Virus record (IMG/VR): IMGVR_UViG_3300029267_002158 | Coordinates: 1-64,000 of that record | DNA from: a virus | Length of the DNA: 64,000 bases | Direction: 5' to 3' (one strand) | Shown: one piece after another, positions 56,667 to 64,000 of the stretch | Layout: each line of letters opens with the position of its first letter | Numbering within the stretch: position 1 is the first letter of the stretch | Position numbers and translations under genes: made by a program | Notes under the pieces: generated by a model | Databases searched by the model: none | Seen by the model: the letters and a program-made list of their open reading frames with translations, nothing else | Told to the model about the DNA's origin: nothing

Positions 56667-57479
56667 TTAAAACATATTCTTTTGTCTAGATTTAATTGCC
56701 TGCCACGCACGGGGAGAGATCCATAACACCTCTGTCTTTCTCGATCCTTTGTTGGCGAATGTCTCCCTTTTCTCCACGTGCCAGCCGGCGTACAACTCAT
56801 TGTACAATGAGCATTCGTACCCACTGACAATTACATGACTCTCGCAATCCCTCAAAGCGACGGCGGCGCTCTTGTGAAATTCCGTGTCGGCGTCCACACT
56901 GTACCTGCTACTCGATCTCTTTTCATGGACATATGGCGGGTCGAAGTAGATCAATGTGTGCGGGGCATCGTATCTCTTGATGACGCTAATGGCGTCATCA
57001 TTCTCTATTTGCACCTGTTTGAATCTTCGCGCCACAGCGTACAGGTACGACATATCACTGTATACTCTACACGCTGCCTTGTACGGAATCGTTTTTCCGG
57101 TGAAGTTTATACCACTGCTGGTATATGGCAAGTTTGATATTGACATAGCGCATCCCGTCCAAAATCTACGGGCATTCTCCACTGGGTCTTCCGTTCTCTC
57201 GTAATGAGAGTAGTACTCCTCCCTACTCCAAGGCGTGAGCTGTAACGCTCTCTCTAGTGCTTCGGTGTTGTCCCGAAGCACCTTGAAAAAATTCACAATG
57301 TCGCTGTTTAGATCGTTTATCGTCTCCACCTCTGACGGCTCCTTGGTCAGGAGTACAGAGGCCGCACCGCAGCATGGCTCAACATACATGCGGTGCGGTG
57401 GGAAAAAGCTTATTATCCAGGGAGCGAGCACGAACTTTCCCCCGTAGTACTTGAACGCTGGCCTCATTAGCGGCTTCAA
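56667..57479 (-). CDS. DNA adenine methyltransferase (Dam/D12 class)
   Basis: FKYYGGK, YVEPCCGAASV, INDLN, YFDPPY. Confidence 0.92.
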   Translation of the reverse strand: MKPLMRPAFKYYGGKFVLAPWIISFFPPHRMYVEPCCGAASVLLTKEPSEVETINDLNSDIVNFFKVLRDNTEALERALQLTPWSREEYYSHYERTEDPVENARRFWTGCAMSISNLPYTSSGINFTGKTIPYKAACRVYSDMSYLYAVARRFKQVQIENDDAISVIKRYDAPHTLIYFDPPYVHEKRSSSRYSVDADTEFHKSAAVALRDCESHVIVSGYECSLYNELYAGWHVEKRETFANKGSRKTEVLWISPRAWQAIKSRQKNMF

Positions 57480-57661
57480 AACATCACCTCCTGCTGACGG
57501 GCTATCCGCTCAATGACTGCCCACAAGTCTCGTCTTGCACCATCGGCGGTCGCTTTTGTATTATACGTGGCGACGAGCAACCCCTTTTCTTCATCGCGCC
57601 ACGCAACGAGGTGGAAGCCGCTTTTATCAGCGGCCTCCACAATAGAGAGGTATTTATTCAT
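57476..57661 (-). CDS. Hypothetical protein
   Basis: Overlap-coupled ORF. Confidence 0.55.
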   Translation of the reverse strand: MNKYLSIVEAADKSGFHLVAWRDEEKGLLVATYNTKATADGARRDLWAVIERIARQQEVMF

Positions 57662-57924
57662 TCTAGATGTCCAACGAAAAAATGGTTGAGTAATGTATGA
57701 GTATCCCTCACTACTTTTACCCTGCCATTGGCAACATCAATGGTAAAATCTTCCTCGCACGCACTGGGATGCACGTAGCAGTGCGTGGGCGGCTTTTTGT
57801 ACCTGTGAATAAGTTTAACGTACTTATCAATCGCCCTCTTAACTTTTACTTCTATGTCGTCTTTGGATGTGTCGCACCACATCCATCCCTCCGTCATCAC
57901 TTTTGTTTTTCTTTTTTTACTCAT
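57658..57924 (-). CDS. Hypothetical phage protein
   Basis: GWMW.D...RA...Y......P.HCYVHP...HFFVG. Confidence 0.7.
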   Translation of the reverse strand: MSKKRKTKVMTEGWMWCDTSKDDIEVKVKRAIDKYVKLIHRYKKPPTHCYVHPSACEEDFTIDVANGRVKVVRDTHTLLNHFFVGHLE

Positions 57925-58558
57925 CTCTCACGACCTTTACGATTCTTGCATTGTCTCCCAGTGCCTTTTTCAAGGCCCTTGCTCTCCCTGGAATATTTTC
58001 TGCATCGTCAATTACCAGGTCAAAGTGAGTTGGCTTAAAGACCGTGAACACTCCCTGTTCTTGCACGAAGGCGTTCTCAGCCACCTCCCTTCTGACCGCC
58101 TGGAGGTGGGCCAGGTACACATAGTGTTTTCCAACCTCAAAGCCGCGAGGTACACTAGCCATTCTTTTTGATATGCCCATCTCCAGGGCCTCGGCTACAA
58201 AATTACTTGTGGTATAATTGTTCTGACCAACCCATAGCAAGCCGGCCTTGTCCCCTGCCACCTCTCTGGGGTTACACATCGGACAGCCCTGATGGTTGTG
58301 CCCCGGATACCCAGGGTCACAGGCTGGCTCATTATCCGGATGAAACATTTCGGACGGGTCGATCCATGTCCATCCTCTAGAGAACTTTATCCCGTGTCCG
58401 CAGCATGGGCACGCAGCCAACGGGAACGGAAGCCTCTCGCAATAACTCAGTCCGCATTCTGGCCCCATCATGTAGATCCCGACGCCGTCCTTTCCGGATC
58501 TTCTATAGCCACACCTTCTCTTTTTTTCTCGCAGTGTAACAACTTTTATTTCACCCAT
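57917..58558 (-). CDS. Cys-rich conserved-type phage protein
   Basis: KRRCGYR..G.Y, CPCCG.GIKFSRGWTWI, LLWVG..Y...F..EA..MGISKR; ATG 58558 inferred. Confidence 0.75.
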   Translation of the reverse strand: MGEIKVVTLREKKRRCGYRRSGKDGVGIYMMGPECGLSYCERLPFPLAACPCCGHGIKFSRGWTWIDPSEMFHPDNEPACDPGYPGHNHQGCPMCNPREVAGDKAGLLWVGQNNYTTSNFVAEALEMGISKRMASVPRGFEVGKHYVYLAHLQAVRREVAENAFVQEQGVFTVFKPTHFDLVIDDAENIPGRARALKKALGDNARIVKVVRDE

Positions 58559-59280
58559 CACATTATTATCCTTCCTTGCCGAGATAGCCGTAGCGCTACG
58601 TGCTCTGGCATTTCCCTGATGCTGTACCCTTCCTCCGATTTTCCGTTTGGATAAATCACCCACCAGCGAATGTTGACTTTGTGTCCCTCGCTGTTGTACA
58701 CCCATCCAAATCCGTATTCAGCCTCGGTTGGCAACTCCGCCTTTAGCAAGTTTTTTACCGTTGCGGATGACTCATCGCTGGCAATCCGCTTCCTTACAAA
58801 GCTTGCCAGCTTCTCTCCCGGCTCGTCCCCGCCATTTAGCTTTTCCTCAACACCGGGCACCAACTGTCTAATCTCTCCAGTGACACGGTTATAATCCTGG
58901 ACAAGATTCGTCACAGGCTTAATCGCGTCTATCCCATAGTTGAGCAACTCTTGAGGGGACAATCCCATTCCGCCCATCGCCAGGCGGGCGACCTTGAGAT
59001 ATTCATATGCCCAGGAGCGAGACAGTCCATATTGGTCGAGGAAGTCCCTGAGGTACGAGCCCCAGTCATCGTACCCGTTGTAACTGTATAGAGAATGCTC
59101 TCTGATTGCGTCCAGGCACAGAATACTCCTGGTCAACGCCTCAGAACTCACTCTTATATGAGACACGGCGTGCCTCTCCAAATCAAGGAGGAGGGACTGG
59201 CCCTCCTCCTCGCTCTTGATCACTGATGGAATACTTGGTATCATAAGGTCATTCACAGGCTCATCTCCAATTGTATGCAC
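58558..59280 (-). CDS. Hypothetical protein with HTH-like segment
   Basis: GYDDWGSYL....GLSRSWAYEYLKVA. Confidence 0.7.
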   Translation of the reverse strand: MHTIGDEPVNDLMIPSIPSVIKSEEEGQSLLLDLERHAVSHIRVSSEALTRSILCLDAIREHSLYSYNGYDDWGSYLRDFLDQYGLSRSWAYEYLKVARLAMGGMGLSPQELLNYGIDAIKPVTNLVQDYNRVTGEIRQLVPGVEEKLNGGDEPGEKLASFVRKRIASDESSATVKNLLKAELPTEAEYGFGWVYNSEGHKVNIRWWVIYPNGKSEEGYSIREMPEHVALRLSRQGRIIM

Positions 59281-60536
59281 TCATCAGATCTCGCGGGCAA
59301 CCTCTTCTCACTGCGGCACTTGATCACTACATCTCTCAAGTGCTCCCTGGACTTGTTCACCTCTGACCTTGGAGTGTCAGCTTTCCATTCCTTAACGTGG
59401 TCGAGGAAGTACGCAATCAAGGCGGCTTCTCCGTCAGCGATATTGCCAAACTTGATCGCGTCGTCTTTGAACAACCACTTGGTAAAGCCCTCCGCGTCGG
59501 CGTACCCCAGTTCCTTGGCGTACTTAATGATCTCAATTTTTCTTTCCAGGGAGGCAAGCTCGCTAAAGCCATTGTCCGCCACACTGGCATCTACCACACT
59601 GGCATCTACCACGTCATTAACATCGCTGACCGTGAACGGGTCTTCGTTCGTGTCAAATAACTCGTTCATCGCCTCGTCCGGGGTGACAGAGGACGGGTCG
59701 AGAATCTTGCGCCCAATGTCTGCCATCTCGTCTTCGCCAGATGGCGAAGACAGCAAGCCGGCAACCTCTTTGCCAGTCAATCCGAGGGCCTTGATCGCCA
59801 TGGCCGCCTCGATCTTTTTGGTCTGGTCCTCGCCCAGGTATTCTCGCATTGCTTTGCGGTCAATTCTAGACCGCATGACGATAAAGTCTTCTTCTAACTC
59901 CTTCATGGTATACGTTCTTATGTGAAAGAATGCGCGGAGGGCTCGGAGGATTGCGCCAGTCTGCGCCTTCTCCCTGCCAAATTTAGAGGCTTGATCTACA
60001 AACCTTGTGGCCGCCATTCTCGCCAACCGGTCGAACTTAGCCTCCACTGCCTCCGGAAGCTCCACTCTATACAAGTCAAGGTGTTCTGACTTCAGCCATT
60101 CCCCGTCACACTTTACACCTCGGCCAACTCTCTGGAATGTTCCATCTTTCAAGGCGCTCTTTTTCAAGAGGTTGTCCATTGCCACACCGTATCTCTCCGT
60201 CCATCGCGTGCCGCCAACACGGAGATCTATTTCTTTTTCCCCGCTTAGATTCACACAGGTTCCATCAACTTGTGTGAACTTCCCATCCCATTCCCCATGC
60301 CAGAGCCTTGACTCCAGCAGCGACGTCTTTGAGGAAATTTCTTCAATGCCAGCAGCAAGCATCAGTCGCATCAATGCCGGCTTAGCCAGAGCGTATCGCT
60401 TTGCATCGCCATAGCCGGAGACGTAATAGATGTCCCCCTTTTCAATGTCGTTCGAGACGCTGACACGAACCTCACTGATTGAATGAAACATGCTTGCTGA
60501 AATTGGAGCTGTAGTTGCTGATATTCTGTGCGTCAT
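59253..60536 (-). CDS. Hypothetical protein, possible single-strand annealing recombinase
   Basis: LAKPAL..L..AAGI, KAQTGAILRALR, YT.KEL; acidic linker; replication context. Confidence 0.45.
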   Translation of the reverse strand: MTHRISATTAPISASMFHSISEVRVSVSNDIEKGDIYYVSGYGDAKRYALAKPALMRLMLAAGIEEISSKTSLLESRLWHGEWDGKFTQVDGTCVNLSGEKEIDLRVGGTRWTERYGVAMDNLLKKSALKDGTFQRVGRGVKCDGEWLKSEHLDLYRVELPEAVEAKFDRLARMAATRFVDQASKFGREKAQTGAILRALRAFFHIRTYTMKELEEDFIVMRSRIDRKAMREYLGEDQTKKIEAAMAIKALGLTGKEVAGLLSSPSGEDEMADIGRKILDPSSVTPDEAMNELFDTNEDPFTVSDVNDVVDASVVDASVADNGFSELASLERKIEIIKYAKELGYADAEGFTKWLFKDDAIKFGNIADGEAALIAYFLDHVKEWKADTPRSEVNKSREHLRDVVIKCRSEKRLPARSDECIQLEMSL

Positions 60537-60805
60537 TATACCCCCCCTCTACTTCTTGCATCTTTTACTGCCTTAAATAGAGCGGCTAGGCCACCAAGCC
60601 AAGGTGAAACATTCTCCTTTTTTGTGTCACACAGCCCCATCCCGCTCAGCATTTTGCCGCTGGCGTCCAGTCCCGCCCACGTGGCGGCCCACTTGGAATA
60701 GCTTTGTGTTATTGACGAGCCAATACTTTCGAGGTCATGCTTGTCGATGTATTCCTTGATTGCCATTTCAAGGCTTTCACTACAAACCTTTTCAGAATAA
60801 ATCAT
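60536..60805 (-). CDS. Hypothetical protein
   Basis: GGGAGG SD, overlap-coupled. Confidence 0.6.
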   Translation of the reverse strand: MIYSEKVCSESLEMAIKEYIDKHDLESIGSSITQSYSKWAATWAGLDASGKMLSGMGLCDTKKENVSPWLGGLAALFKAVKDARSRGGV

Positions 60806-61199
60806 TGCCAGCCTCCCGTGCCGCTATCTCTTGTGCGCCCGTGAACGCACGGGCGCTGTGCTCTGACCGTCGGTGAAGCTCCTCAGCCGTGCGGGCGTAA
60901 ATTTCATGCCTGTACTCAGTGAAAGCATCATGGTTCTTTTCCATCTCCGCCTTCAAGATCTCTAGCTTGTCTCTGTATCCATTGACAAGCCGGCGCAGGC
61001 TTAGCCATTCCTCGTTCTGCCTGAGCGCATTCTGGAATTTTGCCTCTCGGATCTCATTGTTCGATCCGAGGGCTTTGTAATCTGTCTCTGCCTTGAGGAG
61101 ATAGTTCAAGTCCTCAAACTCTTCCTCTGCCCCCCGCAGGTCGAGCTTTACCCTGATGTACTCGTCCCTCGCGTCGGCAATCAACTTTGCGTAGCCCAT
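60792..61199 (-). CDS. Coiled-coil hypothetical protein
   Basis: GGAGGT SD, heptad pattern. Confidence 0.7.
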   Translation of the reverse strand: MGYAKLIADARDEYIRVKLDLRGAEEEFEDLNYLLKAETDYKALGSNNEIREAKFQNALRQNEEWLSLRRLVNGYRDKLEILKAEMEKNHDAFTEYRHEIYARTAEELHRRSEHSARAFTGAQEIAAREAGNDLF

Positions 61200-62273
61200 T
61201 TATTTACCTCCCATCTTTCCTTGTGGGGACACAAAGTGGAAAGTATCCCCATTGTGAATCCTAGCATGAAGCACGCCTCCGTGCTCATACATCTCGACTT
61301 TAATTCTCTCTGCGACGTGCTTTACTGCATCTCGCCAAAATTCAGCATTGGCGGTAAAGCTAAAATCGCCGTCTGATATAATGTCAATCTCGGCTGTATG
61401 TGAACCAGCGGCCACGCCATCTGAGGATAGCGTTAGTACGTTGTCCTTGGCTGAGAATCCAGTTCTGTGCCCATCCCCGGAGAGGCGGATGCACAGATCC
61501 AGTTCTGTCATCAAATCGTATTCCACCCTTGGTCGCCAGTTTATAACCGTCGGAATAGACAGCCATTCCTCAAGGATCTCAGCTGGCACACTCGCGCCAG
61601 CTTCCAACGGGATAACAATTTTTCTATCGTCGCCATCCATCACTGCTGTCGTCGAGAGGAGTGTTATTGGCACCGCCCAATCAACAACCCGTCGGGCGAG
61701 AGTAAGATGCTTATCCCTGATTATGTACTGCCCTTTGAACGGCAGAACTCTAGCTATTGTTAACCTGCCGGCGCCTCGCGGAAGGGCAGCAATATGCCCA
61801 TCCACAAAGTGGATACTTCTGAACCAGTGGACTGGCCCGCTGTCGTCCAGGGCCAATGACACGCCCTGTGATATGTCTTTGGGAACAAGGACGCTTTCCG
61901 CATCCTCGCCTACCTCTAATCGCGGGATCGGGAAGTTTTGCGGGTCGGCAGTGGACATATTCCCCTTCAATTTCCTTCCATCCACCAGAAGGGAGCCCTT
62001 CTTAGTTCTTAGCTTGACATTTCCGCTCCGCTTACTCACAACGTGCTTAAGAAAAGGATCGACAAGCACCTCCCCTTGTTCTTGTACCTCTGCCTGACAG
62101 GTGGCAATTGAGAAAAACCCACTACCGTCGCACCCCGTAACAGTCAGTCCGTCTTCGTCTGCACGAAGCAGAACCTTCGCTACGGCTGAAATGGTGGCGT
62201 GGTTCTTTGGCGTCGCCACGCTTGCATCTTCTATGGCGCAACCCAGATCTCTTTGATTAACAGTCAGCCTCAT
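61200..62273 (-). CDS. dnaN: DNA polymerase III beta sliding clamp homolog
   Basis: 357 aa; MRLTVNQRDL, VLLRA....LTVTGCD, V.EQGEVLV, DPQNFP, F.ANAEF..DAV. Confidence 0.8.
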   Translation of the reverse strand: MRLTVNQRDLGCAIEDASVATPKNHATISAVAKVLLRADEDGLTVTGCDGSGFFSIATCQAEVQEQGEVLVDPFLKHVVSKRSGNVKLRTKKGSLLVDGRKLKGNMSTADPQNFPIPRLEVGEDAESVLVPKDISQGVSLALDDSGPVHWFRSIHFVDGHIAALPRGAGRLTIARVLPFKGQYIIRDKHLTLARRVVDWAVPITLLSTTAVMDGDDRKIVIPLEAGASVPAEILEEWLSIPTVINWRPRVEYDLMTELDLCIRLSGDGHRTGFSAKDNVLTLSSDGVAAGSHTAEIDIISDGDFSFTANAEFWRDAVKHVAERIKVEMYEHGGVLHARIHNGDTFHFVSPQGKMGGK

Positions 62274-62685
62274 GTTATCCTCCTTAGCAATGACACTACT
62301 AGGAGTGTCAAGCTTTCTTCAAGAAGTCCTTCAATGGATGACCTTTTGCCCATTGAGACATTGCTGCGCCGTTTTCTTTTTCTAATACTGCGGCGCATAT
62401 TCTTAACCACAACGACACAGGACAAAGTGTTTCCTTTACCTCGCCGTCCCGATCTACCAAGGCAACCATTTTGTGATCCCCTCCGCATACGCATTGCCCT
62501 TCAACATATCTGATTTTTGATGTCCACACCATCCCTATCCGATCAAGCCACGCAGAGCGGCTCTGTCCCTTCCTGGTGCGATAGAAGCCTTTGTCAAGAT
62601 CTTCGGGTCGAGGCGACAAGTTTCTTACCTCTTTGTAGATGTGCCTTAGGCCATCTACAATTTTATCGCTCCCGTTCATTACCAC
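62270..62685 (-). CDS. Hypothetical protein (62308..62685; a short ORF end may extend to 62270)
   Basis: ORF with AAGGAG SD, CVCG...LCP. Confidence 0.55.
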
Positions 62686-63683
62686 TCTCCTTCAGCCAGC
62701 CTAGCCGGCCTCAGAAACACCCCACTGTTTGGCTCTATTTCCTGCACAACAGCCGGAGGTGGCCGCCGGCGCGTTTCCGTAACCTCGATAGTTACCTCGT
62801 GCGGGGCGGCAACTCTATCGTAACGTGTTGTGAACAGCACATTGCATTCCGCCCCAAGTTTGTCTCCGCCTTTGGCCGTCATTTTGCCAAAGCCTTGACG
62901 AGCCTCACGCGCTGATGTGAGACTTACTTGCGAGATTGCAATCACGATTGTCCCTGGATGAGACGTAACGAACTCACTATATACGTTAACCACCTCTTCC
63001 AGCTTTTTGTAGTCGCTCTCTCCCGGATATTGCTGGAGGTGGTCAGCCGTGAACAGTCTGACCAGGCACCCTTTTGCCTGAGGGTGATCCCCATTGTACA
63101 ACATGTCCCACCTTTGCATGGACAATTTAAGGTTCCTTGCTTTGCCTTGCGTGGGGCTTGCTCCAAACAAAAGGATGGGCAACTTGGATAAATTTGTTTT
63201 GGCCCACTCAATGGCGTCGTGCTGACGACGTGTCCGTTTGTTATACAGTAAAAACTCTTTGGAGATCCCTATCTCGTTCTCGATGTCTGGATGATTAACA
63301 AGATCGTGGTAGGGCGGCCAGTTCTTTCTGTCTTTGCCAAAGACATCTGCAATGAGCTTGCGAGTGGCGCTCATTGCTATCATTACATCCCGGTATGCTT
63401 CTGGTGGCATACCAGATTCCATTGTGTCGGCGCAGAGCCACACTCCCCTTTTCCTAAATTGTAAAGCCACGTTGTAAAGGATGTTTATTGCACACGTGGT
63501 TTTCCTATTCTTCTTCATAGCCTGAATTGCAATTATCTCGCCCCTCCTTGTATTCATCCCGTAGAGGGCATTGTCTATGCGAGGTATTCCGTAATAAACA
63601 ATTCCCTTTTGGTTTTCCTCTGGGTCTCCCCACTCCTCGTCCGTCGAGGCTACTAGATCAGAAATACGAGGGCTATATCCCAA
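62679..63683 (-). CDS. DnaB-like / RecA-fold helicase with atypical Walker A
   Basis: YGIPRID...G...GEIIAIQAMKKNRKTT, TMES, DHLQ, ISQ. Confidence 0.75.
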   Translation of the reverse strand: MGYSPRISDLVASTDEEWGDPEENQKGIVYYGIPRIDNALYGMNTRRGEIIAIQAMKKNRKTTCAINILYNVALQFRKRGVWLCADTMESGMPPEAYRDVMIAMSATRKLIADVFGKDRKNWPPYHDLVNHPDIENEIGISKEFLLYNKRTRRQHDAIEWAKTNLSKLPILLFGASPTQGKARNLKLSMQRWDMLYNGDHPQAKGCLVRLFTADHLQQYPGESDYKKLEEVVNVYSEFVTSHPGTIVIAISQVSLTSAREARQGFGKMTAKGGDKLGAECNVLFTTRYDRVAAPHEVTIEVTETRRRPPPAVVQEIEPNSGVFLRPARLAEGEW

Positions 63684-64000
63684 GGTACACCTCCAGGGGA
63701 TTCATCGAGGAATTAGCCATACGGCGCTGCGATTCTCTCTCTTTGTCCTCCTCTTCAATTGTGTGCTTGGCGATTGCAAGCGCCATGTCGAATTGCTTGC
63801 CTATCACTCCAAACATGTTTCTTGGAGGGTACAATTTTTGAGACCCGTCACAGTATGTACTGATCACCTCTTCAGCCAATCCTTGGTCCCACTCGCAACG
63901 ACGCAGAAGCGTCGTTGCCGCGCCTGCTTGCGCCATGCGGGGCTTGCTGCCCGCCGGACCAAAGGTGAAATGCCGCAGGCCTGGTCGCCGGATGATGTAC
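63673..64000 (-). CDS. Hypothetical replication-region protein, partial (5' end outside window)
   Basis: Frame remains open upstream of ATG 63936 to the window edge. Confidence 0.6.
   Translation of the reverse strand, partial: YIIRRPGLRHFTFGPAGSKPRMAQAGAATTLLRRCEWDQGLAEEVISTYCDGSQKLYPPRNMFGVIGKQFDMALAIAKHTIEEEDKERESQRRMANSSMNPLEVYLGI

Noticed and set aside
59579-59612. 15-bp tandem duplication (DASVV/DASVA)
   Set aside because: In-frame micro-duplication in an acidic linker; no sign of function
59275-62097. Long plus-strand ORFs (59275..59925, 61348..62097) and similar antisense ORFs such as 25489..26259 and 1930..2466
   Set aside because: Fully antisense to well-supported genes, with no motifs or SD

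Overview
The whole window reads as part of a tailed dsDNA phage genome (>64 kb). No host housekeeping genes, integrase, rRNA, tRNA or CRISPR array were recognised. It looks siphovirus-like: tail tube, frameshifted chaperone pair, 1630-aa tape measure and no sheath. Layout: (1) 1-12.1 kb, leftward early/accessory genes (SSB, holin-like, DUF2227, FtsK/SpoIIIE membrane cluster, LexA-type HTH, RuvC). (2) 12.2-13.1 kb, a divergent-promoter junction holding a heavily base-paired non-coding region with its own promoter and terminator. (3) 13.1-56.2 kb, a rightward morphogenesis region: terminase, 1.6-kaa portal polyprotein, Mu-type protease/scaffold, decoration, capsid, neck and tail. It is interrupted by two blocks totalling 7 glycosyltransferase genes (9 GT domains), 2 sulfotransferases, 4 SAM methyltransferases and an alkaline-phosphatase-superfamily enzyme, and ends in a tail protein with three mucin-like Ser/Thr tracts. 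(4) 56.2-64 kb, leftward replication genes (DNA adenine MTase, sliding clamp, DnaB-like helicase). The SSB signature hints at a Chloroflexota host (inference). Best candidates for novelty: a phage-encoded sulfated/methylated virion glycan system with a mucin-like acceptor; a ~400-nt two-state ncRNA whose 3' arm matches the start site of an early promoter; a portal carrying motif-delimited peptidase and membrane cargo; a permuted prohead protease; and a TraB/Spd-like cluster. All family calls come from motif recognition by eye, with no database searches.
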